Source: the human T2T-CHM13v2.0 reference genome, Homo sapiens. From it: DNA of 64,000 nt. The stretch lies in the NCBI RefSeq assembly GCF_009914755.1, contig NC_060941.1. The stretch is one strand, 5' to 3'. Numbering within the stretch: the first letter of the stretch is position 1; each line of letters opens with the position of its first letter. Both the position numbers and the translations under genes were made by a program. Positions 30,979 to 46,482 of the stretch are shown here, piece after piece. The notes under the pieces were generated by a model. The model had not been told where the DNA came from. It searched no databases and saw nothing but the letters and a program-made list of their open reading frames with translations.

Positions 30979-33900
30979 ACATAATAATAATTCAATTCTG
31001 TGTATTTACTATAAACATATTAAGTTAAATATGCTTCCCTATTAAAGTGAAAGCCGTTAGATTTACACTCTTCTGCTTATGGTGCCAGGCAGCTTGCCCA
31101 TCCTTTTACTTACGACTTTAGGGCCCTTCTCACCCTTCCCAAAGTGTTACTTTTTCCAGTGTATTAATATTTACCTTATATTAAAAAAATGAGTAGTCAG
31201 TTTGGGATGCTACCTACTAAAGAAGTTCCTCAGCTATATTTTATTGTATGCAAATTACACCTCAATAGTTGATTTTAAAAAAAGAAAAGAGGAATCACTT
31301 TCTAAAATGAATAATCCATTGTATTTTTGCTCAATATTATGAGCATTCATTAAGAACTCACCCCATTTTCCTATTAAAAAAAACCCAAACCAAGCTAGCA
31401 AACAAGGTGAAAGGGAATGTGTGTGGGGAGTGTGGGGGAAGAGCCCTGGGAATACACTGACTTCCCGCTTGAGGAGGAACAAACTGTGATCAGCTTGCAG
31501 GATTAAGTTCTATCTCAGGTGTGTGTCAAGGAGCTCCTTTAGCACTCCTGGTTCTCTTTCCAAGTGTCCTAACTCTGCCCCACCAAAATGTACCTATTCT
31601 ATTTCACGTTATCTGACAGCACGGCTTTGCACTAAGAAATACTTGACGAGCTTGATATACTCAGGCACTATGTCGTCATCACAACAGAGGTGCATTCCAT
31701 GAAGGGCCAGCTCCCAGTGCCACTAAACCACGGAGTGTTCAAGAGGGAGTTGGAGTAAGAAGCAAAGGCATTTTGTGACAAACAGGCTCTTGCTACATCT
31801 TACAAAGTCATGAACAAAAAAACCACTGATGCTACATAAGTTATCAAAACAAATGGCAAAAACAATATTACTCTGGACATGAGTCTAACACACGTGACAG
31901 TGAAAGTCGACAATGTAATAAAAGATATGAATTTAGGATTTCTTTAGAAGTTAGGATGGTGTTAGTCACCAAACCTGCAATGCCCTCTAGCCTAGATACT
32001 GATTTTATGCCATCAAATTTACTGAGGTAATGATTTAAATTCCCCTGGAGACCACAAGGCAAATCCATCATTATGAGGCTGCTTGACTATCAGTGGTGAG
32101 CATTTAGTATTTTTCTTCTATAGAGACCTTGTTAATTAAGAGTCGCATAATAAAACTGACAATTTGTTTAGTTAGTTTTGTTTTATGGTGTGGAGAGAAA
32201 GTTTTGTTTGGATTTTTGTTTTAATAGGAGAAAAATTTTCCCTTCTTTGAGATAGGCTAAACAAATAAGCACTCTACACAAATAATATAATTATTGGCAT
32301 GAAGAGATGCTGACCTAATGCTCCCCAAACTTAAGATGAACACTGAGGCTGTGCTTTTTCAACATCTGAAGAACAATGTGGTCTGTGCACTTCCACACAT
32401 AGCACAGAGGTGCTATGGGAACATAGAGAAAGGAGGAGAGAAGGCTTCACAGAAACAGTGCCAGCCGAGCCTACCAATCTTAGTGTTTACCACATACATT
32501 AGCTGCTTCAAGCTAAATGGTATTTCAAAGATAGGTGCTGTGCTTAAGTTCACTTGAAAAAAACAAACAAAAAAAAGCAAAACAAAAACAAAAACACTAC
32601 AAAGAGTAGGAGTCCTTGGCACACTGCAATCTAATTTCAACTTCTAAGTTGTAACATCTACTATGTTGAAGAGATACAACATTCTGGGTTAATAGCTATT
32701 CGAGACAGCAACTGTAGGCACCCTTCTCTCTTCTGCCAGTAGGCTCTTACTTATTATTGCCTTTGCATTGTCAGAATGCAATAGTTGAATATACAAAATT
32801 CTGATAGCTCATATTTTGTTGACAAGAGAAAGATCTTTTTTGCTCTGTAATTATAAAACATTTTCATCTTTAGATTTGTAAGCATCAATTAGAATGGTCA
32901 ACCCAATGACTTCTCTCATTTTATATTATCTATTTCCTTCTAACAATTTTCACATACACACCTGCTTTCTGCATTTGTCCACTTATGAAACTTATCCAGG
33001 TACATATTGGTACAGAAACATCATACAAGATTAAAGAATACTGTTATTTTAGCAAAGAGATGAAATAACAGTATTCTTTAATCTTATTGCAAAATACTAA
33101 GGAAAATCTTCCTACAGAATGACCACCTGGATGCTAATGTCATGTTTCTTTTTTGCCCTTAGAAATATATATAATTCTTAAGTTTGAGAAAATTCTAGGC
33201 TATCACCTGGAGACTCAATCTGAGACTCTCTTTATATAATTGATTTCATCATCATCTTTACAGTCTACCATGCTATCTGTCTCTTTGTATTCATCTTCCG
33301 GTTCATCCAATGTTTGTGAAATGTTTTTCTGTCAATTTCCTTCTCACTGACATAATGACTAGAAATTGAAAACTTCTGATTTTTCAACTATGTTCACTAA
33401 AAGCTAAAAATAACCTACAAAGATGGTTTCTCTAGTTTTCTTTCATACCTACTTGAAAGACAATGCAATATTTGGGGTGATATAATAAATTAAAAGATGA
33501 AGCAATAGTTATTACTGTAGCATCCTTCTAGGCAATCCCATTATTCTTATTATTTTATTCTTTTTTTTAGCATAGTTGAGAATAAATGAGTTAATAATGA
33601 ATCAATTTCTAAGATGACAAAACAGCAAACTATTTCAAGACACAGAAACAAATAAGATCACTAATACTCCATAATGTATCTTAGATTTACAAAATGCTTC
33701 AATGGACCCATATGTAATTACAAGAGAGAATGAACTTCATTCTATTTTAAAAATAAGTATATTTTGTCTTTGTTTTTTGGAAGACCCCTAAGAAAGATTT
33801 AAGTTAAAAAGCTATCAATCCTATGAATAGTTAGAACTGTTCAAAAAAGAAACTGAAATTGGGTCCTGATGTTATACTGATGGTTAAAATTCTCCACAAA

Positions 33901-34489
33901 TAATTTTAAACAGCTGTATTATCTATACACTACCTCATTGAGTTAATAAAAATATTGCTATTTTAAGAGACAGTAGTCAAAAGGCAATGTTATTACTACA
34001 GAGCTGCTAAGGACACACGGCCAACGTGACTGCCTGGGCAAATGCGTTCTCAAACTTCTCATTTTAATTCTGCGGAAAGGTTCATCAAAATCATATGGTA
34101 TCACCTAGTTCTTATTTTAAGAAAACATTTCACTAAAAAAAAATTCTTTATATCCAGTAATATAAACTTTTAGCTTTCACCAACATGTATGTTTAACTTC
34201 TTTATTAAGTATATATATATCAACATGCGGTTTAAGCTTTCAACTCCGAATACTATTTCCTTTTTTTTTCTTTACCACCTCAAATAAATTAGAAGTTCGA
34301 AATTCATCAAACAAAACTAATTCTTTATTTGGGCAATATGATAACATTAATACACAGATAACTTTGAATTCTAGCAACTGTAAAATCTAAACTTAAATGT
34401 TATTTACCGTATATTTAGTGAATTTATTTTTCCCTACCTTCACGGGACATTAAAATAGGAAAGGAAGTTAGGTTCAAAGGAGAAATGGG

Positions 34490-35232
34490 GCTTTGTAGTC
34501 ATCGCTGCCACCTGAAGCCACCTGCCTCTAGCCATGGTCAACGCCACTGTGTTCTTTTGACATCATTGTTGATGGTAACTCCTTTGGCCCATGCAGCTCC
34601 TTCGAGCTGTTTGCCGACAAAGCTCCAAAAACAGTGGAAAACTTTCGTGCACTGAGCACTGGAGGAAAAGGATTTGGTTATAAGGGTTCCTGCTTTCACA
34701 GAATTATTCCAGGGTTTATTTTATCTGCCAGAGTGCTGACTTCACACACCATAATAATGCCAGTCCATCTACCAGGAGAAATTTGATGATGAGAACTTCA
34801 TCCTGAAGCACACAGGTCCTGGCATCTTGTCCATGGCAAATGCTGGCCCGACACAAATGGTTCCCAGTTTTTCACCTGTGTGGCCAAGACTGAGTGGCTG
34901 GATGGCAAGCACAAGGTCTTTGGCAAAGTGAGAAGAGGGAGTGAATATCATGGAAGCCATGGAGTGCTCTGGGTCCGGGAATGGTGAGACTGGCAAGAAG
35001 ATCACCACTGCCAACTGCGGACAACTCTAATCAATCTGCTTGTGTTTGATCTTAACCACCAAATCATTCTTTCTGTAGCTCAGGAGAGCATCCCTCCATC
35101 CCACTTGCTCACAATATCCTGTAATCTTTGTGGTCTCACTGCAGTTCTTTGGTTTCCTTATTCCCCTCGACATCAAGCTGGATTGTAGTTAAGTTTAGGA
35201 TTATAAAATAAAAACTCAGTAACAAAAACAAA
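34490..35232 (+). pseudogene. Processed pseudogene of PPIA (cyclophilin A)
   Basis: Intronless; ATGGTCAAC at 34534; recognisable [14 protein letters not shown] and [19 protein letters not shown] codons with frameshifts; 3'UTR and decayed A-tail; TSD CAAAGGAGAAATGGG at 34475-34489 and 35233-35247. Confidence 0.95.
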
Positions 35233-35271
35233 CAAAGGAGAAATGGGAGAAAATTAAGATTTGGGGCCTCT

Positions 35272-35721
<450 letters not shown>

Positions 35722-38700
35722 AAGATTTGGGGCCTCTGAACAGGTGAGCTGTAGAGAAATGTTCCAAAATAATTCAGACATGTGGTCACTTACTTAGATA
35801 AATAAGCAAAGTCACCAACATGCAACACTCTATTCCTCATCAGTTCCCTAGCTTGGTGTACTTTTCACACCTAGGGTCCATAGTGGCACTAGCCATGATA
35901 GTGAGTGCCAGTGAAATATCTTTCGGCTAGATGCAAAGGGCCAAGCAAAGAGCAGTGAAAGAAGAGATGCATGGAGAACAATGATGAAGGAGACAGGGCT
36001 GCAGGGGCCTGTGGTGTGGAAGGAGGCAAAAGAGAACGGTATTTCTGAAAATATATTTGGTAACCAATAAATCTCGGTTATAAGCCAAAGCACTAACATG
36101 TATTCTATTTTAAAAACACTTTAACAAAACAAAAACCTTATGAAGTTGAAAATTATCAACTTTCTAGCTAAATGACACTCATACTCAGATATTTTACAAG
36201 ACATAGCCAAGCACTTTGACAACCTGACAAAGTGAAATTTCAGAAGCAAAAATGAAAAACTTTACTGAATATCCCCAAGTGATCTAGGACTTAGATTATT
36301 CCCCTTCATGTTGGATACGCTGGCAAATCAGGTAAGATGCAGGCCATGGGACCTGACGTCACTTGAGTGTTGGCCACTTGGCCAGATAAGCAAAGGTGAC
36401 TTTTCTTTCTTCCTTGGCGGCAGGCCGAGGGGAGAGAATATCTGTTAAAAGTTAAAAAAGCTTTCTCCTCACATCTATAATAAATACTTTCAGAATTAAC
36501 ATTTTTATTGAAACACACATCTAGACTAAATTGGAAAATACGAGTTTTACTTTTAAGTGGGAACGCTATCTTTAAACATTATGTGAAGAAATCTGTGCCG
36601 AAAATGCCCACTCCATAATTGATTTGCATAAAGGTCAGATTATGGTACTTAGAATATTCAATCGGAACTTCACCAGTAAAAACAAAAGCATGGAAAACCC
36701 CCAAAACGTGACAAGTACCTTGTGTATTAATTACAGCTACACATTTTGATAACGCTTATTGTATACCAATCCAGAAACAAGTGAAATTACACGTGTACTG
36801 TGAGAGCTCTCAACAGCAAAGACAACTAGAATTCTCTCATATATAATCAAATATAACTTGTTAAGGATTTCACTCAAAATGTGCAATAGGGAAACCTGGA
36901 TATTTGATATTTTCATACCCTGAAGAAAATAAAATGAAAATTATCTTAATTAGTTTCAAAAATTTTGTTTGTTCTGAATTGACATCGATTTCTAGAATCT
37001 TTTCTGGGGTGATTATAATGTATCTATAGTAACTAAAACTAGATTAGTTATTAGTTAGCAACTTAATTTAGGGGCAATGCAGGTTTGTTTCATATTCTGA
37101 ACATATTTTCCCCCTTCTTAATTTGGCATCTAAAGTTATTACATGATCTGCAGTATGCATTAAAACACATCAGCACAGATAGGGTGCTATGCATGTGTGT
37201 TAGCTATTTGCCCTAAATGAGAAAATCCATTCTAGGAGTAATGAGCTAGCACTTAATCCAAAGGCCAGATGGCCACCTTAAATGCTTTAGCTATCTTAAT
37301 CTCCAAACCAAACCAGAAGCTTTGTTGTTAGTAAAATGAGTTTTCACATGCACTAAGTGGCCTCATTACTTAGTATAATGGATATTAGAAATCACTAGGG
37401 TAACATGAGTGGCATTAAGCCATGGACTGATTAGAAAGAGATATATATTAACTTCAAATAGAGCCTTAAAAAAAGATAAATACATAAATAAAAACAAAGA
37501 AAGATATATATAGACCCTCCCCAATCCCGGGTCAAGGGAACAAGTGTTGAGACTCCAGCAAGTCCAGGAGGCTGTATTGTTGGGGGTGCTCCTAGAGCTT
37601 GATACTAAATGGCTGTGTGCAGCCAGTGATCTGGAAGATGCTGGTTGCCTGGTGCAGACCATATTCTGTCACTGATACTGTCACATTTGCCTCAGTAAAT
37701 CTTTCAGGTAAACGTTTGGTTAGAGAAATTAAACAGAGCTGGGCTGCATGCAACTTACAAAACTGTTTTCAGCAACTGCCTTTTGATAAATAGATATGAG
37801 GGTGCAGAATCCGGACGTGCTTTCATTATAACCTGGTCGCCAAACTGTAAGGAGGATGCCTAGAGCCCTTACCTAGCTTTAACTGCTGGAGGATACTTAT
37901 CTACCAAGAGGTACATAATAGTTGGAAATTGCCAGCCTGGCTTAAGTCAACTTGTAAAAAAAAAAAAAAAGAGAGAGAGAAAGAAAATAAAAGGAAAGAA
38001 AAGAAGGATTTGTGGAAATAGAGAAAGTGATTCTAACTAAAACTCTGTGAGGGAAGATGTACCTGCTGATCCAAACAATCATTTTGAAATTGAAGTCCCT
38101 GTTTTTAAAGTTTCATTATGAGAGATTCTTTTTACATAAATCTCCTCCATCTGGAATGCATTTTACTTCTCCATAAACAGAGAACTGGACTAACTGTGAA
38201 CGATTATTTTCTTAAGGGTAATGCTCTCCTAAAGAAAGAATCCCTTTAATATAAACCATATGCTAGTATCTTTGAAAGAAAAGATATTCTTCAGGAAATT
38301 AGTCGTCTATATCAGATCAAAGAAATGGAACCAAATGGATTCTAAAGCTTATGGAGTTTATAGCCTCAAATATTTTCACTGTAAGCATGTAGCTTATAAA
38401 TATGACTGCATGAAATTTCACTGTATACACAACTCATTTTTTAACATCGTACTACTCTTGGTATGACATTGATCTCAACCCAAGGCCTGGCCTGCCCACG
38501 GAGCAACTGCCTCCCTCATGTTCTCTACCCTTGCTTCTAAAATGGGGGCATGCATATTCTCAGAGGATCTAGCATATGCACTACCTTCCCCGAGCTCAAC
38601 AACATCATGACATGCCGTTGAAAACATATTAAAGTTAACACCAATATGAAGGTGTGCTCTACAGGGCTAGGGAACCTTAGTTTTGACCACTGGTATATTC

Positions 38701-40035
38701 CCAGGGCCTGGAAGAGTGTATGGCACTTTGTAGTGTCTGCCACATTTTCAGTAAATGAATTCCATAAAATCCATAAATATACCTGTGGGGCACTATGCTA
38801 GGAACCAAAGATACAAAGTCCCTACTGACAAAGATCTTAGACATTCTACTAGGAAAGATAATAAATACACAAAGTAATTAGTTACAGCTTGTGATAGGTG
38901 CCATGAGGGAAATAAACAGGATACTGTGATAGAGAATAATAGAAGAAATATCCTCAGATATGGTTTTAGACTAACTAGCTAGTTAGGAGAAGAAATGTGG
39001 ACAGATCTGAAACACCTTCTAGATGTTTAACCAACAGGATTCACTGTTGGCCTGGACGTGGGCCATGAGAAAAAGGCTGATTCCTAGGTATTTTGTCTTT
39101 CTAGGTTTTGCTATTGCTTTTATTTTAAGTTTAACCAACTGGGTGATTTCATAATACCATCTATTGATGTAAGACATAAAGGAACAAATTTTGAAAGGAA
39201 AGGAAAAACTTTCATTTGGAATATGTTAAACTTTAAGAATCTATTGACATCCATTTGGAGATATCAATTAAGCTGCACAGTGGCTGGCAAATAATAGGTG
39301 CTTAATAATTAAAAGAACTAAATAACAAATCAAACATCAAAATTACACAGAATTGAATTTAAAAATGAGTCTACAACAGTTTCTTTCAAACCCCAAGAAC
39401 CAACACCAATAGAGAAATATTAAAGGGGAATTTTAACTGAACATTATTTAATCAATGGACCTAATTATTTTTAATGGAGCTACTGAGATCAACTACTTGT
39501 TTTAGTACTGTGTAGGTAACACCTTATGATAACAGTAGATAGCAATAAACTATTACTAAAAAAAATACGTATCAATAAAAGTTGACTTTCTAAGAATTAA
39601 AGCCCAAAGTAAACAATTTAAAGATATCTCTGTTTCTTGGTCGAATTGAAAGCTACGTCTAAGAACAATGCCCTAATAAAAAATCTTTTTTCTACTAAAA
39701 ACAAATCAGCTTTTACTATATTAGAATGCACTTATTATATAGTAGTGCAGGCACTTTGGAAGGTGGCACTTCAGCTGAAATAGCATTTGTTGAACATTTG
39801 GATTCAATGGCTAATTCCTGCTTCTTTCCTGTGTGCTGCTTCCAGGTGGCTAGAAAATAATCTAATTCTTCCTACCAGCAGAATGTAAAATAGGTTTCTA
39901 TCAGACTTGATTGTCAACCTTTGGAATAGGATGTATACATAACAAGCATTAAATAGACTCATGTATTACTTTGCAAATAAATTTCAGAAAATAATTACCT
40001 TAATTTAGACTATAATTTGAAGGAACGATCTAGAG

Positions 40036-40250
40036 CAGGGTTTCTCGATCTTAGCATAACTGGTATTTTGGGCTCAATAATTCTAAGCGGTGGGGACTGT
40101 GCCATGCATTGGATGGTATTTAGCAGCATCCTTGGCCTCTACCAACTAGATGCCAGTGGCACACCACTACCCAATCTCCCAGTTAAACAAAGAAAGATGT
40201 CTCCAGACACCGCCAACGTCCCTTGGGGAACCTCCAATTAAGAACCACTG
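40036..40250. mobile_element. MER20-like hAT-Charlie MITE
   Basis: CAGGGTTTCTC...AGAACCACTG termini and an internal TGGCCTCTACCAACTAGATGCCAG. Confidence 0.75.
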
Positions 40251-40324
40251 ACCTAGAGTCACTCCAGTTACAGGTTAAAACCCTACATACATCAATGATG
40301 GAAATCACTGTAAGGATTCATAGT

Positions 40325-40838
40325 AGCCATGATAGCCAAGACCACCTCAATGATCCCCACCTCTGGTATTCACAGTTCCCTCCCACACAGTATCAGGGTT
40401 GGTTTGTATAACCAATAGAAGACAATAGAAGAAGGCATGTGATTTCCAAGGCAGAGTGTGTAACTTCTGTCTTTCTCTTGGATCACTTGCTCTGGGAGAA
40501 GCTGGCTGCCATGTCATGGCAACATTCAAGGAGCCCTATGGAGAGGCTGCCTCCAAAGCCAGGAACTGAGGCCTCCAGCCAAGAGCCATGTAGGATAGGG
40601 ACCTCCCACCAAGAGCTACCTGAGGAAGATTTGAAGGAGATCCTCCCACCTCAGTCAGGCCTTCAGATGACTACAGCTGTAGCCAACATCTCAGTGACGA
40701 CCTCCTAAGAGACCCTGGGCCAGAGTCACCCAGCTAAGCTGCTACTGACTTTCTGACACACAGAAACCATGAGATAATCGATGCCTGAAGCCACCAGGTT
40801 TTAGGATCATTTGTTACGTAGCAACTGATAACTAATAT
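40325..40838 (+). mobile_element. MLT1-type MaLR LTR
   Basis: Ends ...TTTGTTACGTAGCAACTGATAACTAATA. Confidence 0.7.
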
Positions 40839-41527
40839 AGAATTGTATCTGTCCAAACACTAAAATAATGAGTTGAAACACACCCTGGCAGGGGGATAAA
40901 TCCTTACACTTCGTAACAGAACCACTACATTCTTTACCCAAGGACACAAATGACGGCTTAGTAGCAATTTATCTTTTCCAGGAAAAAGCGGGGCCACTGA
41001 GCACCAAAACTGTCTCTCTTGAATTTAGGGTATGGTTTGAGGGCTGGGGGTGGGGAAAACAGAATAGATTAGTAACTTGATTTCTGTGGTAAGATAAACA
41101 ATTTTCCACAAAGAAGTCCTTGAAGATCTTGATGGAGATTCACATACCAAAGCTGGCAGCTCACTGTTCCTTCTTTCCTGTGATATAGCCACTAAACACA
41201 GGGCATTTCAGTAGGAAAATTTCAGATTTAGTTGTGGCTCAGGCTCAATGGGGATGATCCAGGAGAGTGACGGAAAGTCTGAAGGAATGCAGTTTCCTCA
41301 GATCGTTTCTAAACCCACGAGTCAAGTCACAGGCATGCCTCCTACTGACACAGGCACATTTGTTAACCCACTTTGCACATAAAAAGCTAAATTAATTACT
41401 AAATGAACTTGGATTAAGTGAATCTTCAAATTTTATCTTCCTGGGAATAAACAATATTCCAAGAAAATACATCCCTATTTCTTACATAACTTGGAAAGCG
41501 TCTTGCACTGAAACTATCTCTGAAGGT

Positions 41528-42413
41528 GCTATGGGCTGAAATGCGTCCCTGCACAAATTCCTGTGTTGAAGTCCTAACCCCCAGGACCTCATGATGGAAC
41601 TGTAATTAGGAAGAGGGTCTTTAAAGAAGTCATTACATTAAAAAAGGGTCATTAGGGTGCACCCTACTTCAATATAATTGGTGTCCTCATAAGAAGAGAT
41701 TAGGACACAGACACACACAGAGGGAAGGCCACGTGAAGACATAGGGAGAATACAACCATCTATAAGCCAAAGAAAGAGTGCACAGTGAATCAGCAAGAGA
41801 ACTAACATAACCAACTCCATTTTTGTTTAAGGGGCCTTTACCCATTCCTGCACATGGACAAGGATAATTTTAGAGCACTGAGATAATATGCAAAAACAGC
41901 AATCAGGTAGTTTTTAAAACTAACTCTGAGATTAAAGGAGAAGTGTGTGAACAACTATGTTTCGTTAAAGATTGATGAGAGCACTGTGACTTGACTAAGG
42001 ACAAGGATATTCCCAACCTCCTTGGACCCTTGCCGGCGCCCAGATGTCTGTGGTCGTCAGTTACCTCTTCATCCCAACCCTCTCCCCTTCCCCCTGCCTT
42101 AACATAAAAACAGCCTAAAATGTGTTCTGACTTCAGAGGGTCCTCTGGGATGCTAGTCCACCATCATCTTCGTTTGCTGGCTCTCCAGATAAACCTGCTT
42201 TTCCTCCCACCAACTCTCATCTCTCGTGGGTGGCTTTCAAGTGGCACGCAGCCGAACTTGGGTTCAGTTATGAGAGGCCTCAGAAGAAACCAATCCTGCC
42301 AACACCTTGCTTCAGACATCTAGCCTCCAGAATTGTGGAAAAGTACATTTCTATTGTTTATGCTGCTCCCAGTCTGTGGTACTTTTATATCACAGCCCTA
42401 GTGAACTAATCCA
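41528..42413 (+). mobile_element. MLT1A-like LTR interrupted by a second LTR
   Basis: MLT1A 5' half to 41778; 3' half resumes at 42273 (AGAGGCCTCAGAAGAAACCAA). Confidence 0.8.
41779..42272 (+). mobile_element. ERV1-like solo LTR nested in MLT1A
   Basis: 494-nt insert starting with TG, flanked by AGAG 4-bp repeats; ACTCCATTTTTG motif and a TATA-like ATAAAA. Confidence 0.65.
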
Positions 42414-42992
42414 GAGGGCTTTATGGTTGCCCTTGTGTTTGCTGGGTCCTCTGTGATCCTGAATCTGGTCGCTTCCACTAATCATAGCAACCACACCATC
42501 GGTAAATTAATGTGCAGACCATGATGTTATCTCAATTTTAAAAAGCGTGTCACGACGACACTAGATCCCCCAAATTATCCATCAATGAACTGCTAGAACT
42601 GAGGTCTCTTACTCTGGCGTTCTTGACTTTTACCAATACTTCAGAGCAGGGAGAAAAAAAAGGAAAGAATTAATTTGAACAACTTAAGTGGAAATAATTG
42701 AACAATGAAGTCCTTCTTCAATCTAACAGTGGAAGGGGTTTCTGAAACTTGATGACCATAATCCAGGGCAAAAGACTTACTGGAGGAATGTCCGTTGTGT
42801 TGAATATGGGTTTAGAGATGATTTGCTGTGACAGTGTTGAAGGTGAGCAGCTGGGGTGGAGAGGGGCAGTGTCTCTGACGTAACAGAGACCTGGCCATCA
42901 CTTAGGATAACATTCTCAGGTGAACAGGTACAGCTAGTCAAACTGAGGAGGAAAGTAAAGCTTTCAAGTTGAATAGCTAAGGAGAATTTTTA

Positions 42993-43377
<385 letters not shown>

Positions 43378-43739
43378 TTACCACATCTAATGCGTTGAAT
43401 GTTTACTATGCATAGTGCCGGGCTAAGTGCTCAGCGTGCACACCATTTATTCTCTACTCCGATTCCACTGACAGGTGTTATTATCATGCCCAATCAAAGA
43501 TAAATAAGCTCAGAGAGGTTAAATTACATATCCATAAAATAAGACAGAGTTATACATTTCTGTATGATAAAATGATGAAAGTTACTTACACATTACCTTT
43601 TTTCTTTTCAAATGTGACTACTAGAAAATTTAAAATTACATGTGAGCTTGTATTATGTCTACAGAACTACATCTATTAGCTTCTTAAAATCTAGGAAGAA
43701 AAGTAATTCATTTGCTTAATCACAGTAAACATTTAACTA

Positions 43740-43874
<135 letters not shown>

Positions 43875-45076
43875 CTAAAAGACATTACACACACACAAAT
43901 AAAAGCAGATGTACGTTAATCTAATGTCTTTACTCAAGTCATCAGGGGAAAAATTTCTAAAAAAGAAACTGCATCTTTTCCTCAGTTCTTTCATTCTGTC
44001 TGCCATCCAGCAACTTTTGTTGGCTTCTTAATCCTGGTTATGATAATGGACTCCACTAAAGGAAAAAATTAGCATCTATAAAGTGATCACAAGGAGAAAA
44101 AAATGTCACGCTGAACAGAGAAGATCAACTTAAGCATGGGGCACGTAAATCAGGCAGAGAATTTTGAAAATAAAACAGACTGGCTTTCATGAAATGAAAT
44201 TTAGCACGACACTTCAATTAAGAACATATTAATACTTGTTTATTTTAACTCTGCCTTATTTGAAAACTTTAAGGCAGTTAATTTAACAGTTACCACTGTA
44301 TTGATGTAGCACTTTCCAGTTTTCCAAGGAGTTTCATATACTATCTCTATCATATAGACAGGGCAATGTCTTCACCTCCACTTTCAGAGGATGGTAAAGA
44401 CGTTGATGCTGCTAACTTGCTCAGATTTAAAAGGCTAAGTAGAGAGGATTCGGTAAAATGTCTGCTTTAGTCGGTGTCTTTACTTATATGTAAATTAGGC
44501 TATAAAACAGATTTTACAAACAAAAGGTGGAAATATATTAATACGTACTTTAATCATGAAACACAATAGAAAGCTGTATGAGAAAGCATGATGCCATTTC
44601 TGGCCATGAAAAGCACCAGAAGTGATGCTGTGTTTCTGGAATGTAATTTCAGAATTATATTTTATGACTTAAATAAACCTGCTTTTTCCAAACATAAATC
44701 TTACCCCTATATTTTAAAATACCCACAGTATTTTAGACCTAAAGAAAAACTAAATAAAAGCCGCTAGGAAATGCGATACTCTAAGCAAAAAAGATGAATA
44801 TAAAGAACCTCACATGAGGCTTTTAAATTAGTGGCATTTGGTATGTGATGCACTCCATCACCATCAAATTCAAAAAAAAGAACAAATATATGTCATCCGT
44901 ACAGTTCTGTCACGCCACCCTGGTGTGGACTGTCACTCAGCTGAAAGGGTGGGGAAGTGTTCCTCAGGCACATTACATAGGAAGGGGACCTGCTCTGCCT
45001 ACATCCATTACAGCATGATCTGGACTATCCGCATGTTCATAGGTCTTAACTACAATCTACAACCGTGTTCAACTGA

Positions 45077-45462
<386 letters not shown>

Positions 45463-45567
45463 GTGCTGTAAATTCTTCTAAACCATTACATGCTGCCAAA
45501 CTGTCTTAAGCATGGTATCCTGAACAACTTTGATGACTGAGAGTCATTGTTAAAAATGCCAGTCAGG

Positions 45568-45907
<340 letters not shown>

Positions 45908-46295
45908 TCAGTTCCATCAGCATTCCTATGACCAATATCTTGCAAAGCCCTTGGTATACTCACTTTGCATTAACTGTTTGGGTCTCTAAAAGCCTTTTTT
46001 TTTTTTTAAACCTAATTCAATCTATGTGATGAGAATGTGGAAACTTGGAAAAACACTGACATTCTAGTAAGTGGGACATTACCTTAATACTAAATATCTA
46101 CTGCTAGACTTTGGATTCCTTAAAATCACACACCATCCTACCAAATCATAAGAAAAAGACTTTGATAGTCCATCTTTAAAGAGTTTTCCTAACTTGGAGG
46201 TAAAACCAGTAATGCATATCTTACTTTAATATTACTTAGATATGGCTAAAAGGATTATTTGAGTCAAATTTTCTATTGGTTCTTTTCTTTTCCTC

Positions 46296-46296
<1 letters not shown>

Positions 46297-46351
<55 letters not shown>
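46297..46351. repeat. Compound (GT)n(GA)n microsatellite
   Basis: Direct reading. Confidence 0.95.
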
Positions 46352-46352
<1 letters not shown>

Positions 46353-46482
46353 TCCACTGATTCTATTCTTCTTGTGTTGGCTTCAAGTAACCTGGTTGTA
46401 TCCCCTGTGCCTAACTCGGTCAGTATCAGGTCAAAATGATGCTTGGCAAATGCTTTGCTGAATGAATGTATAATCAGAGGTT

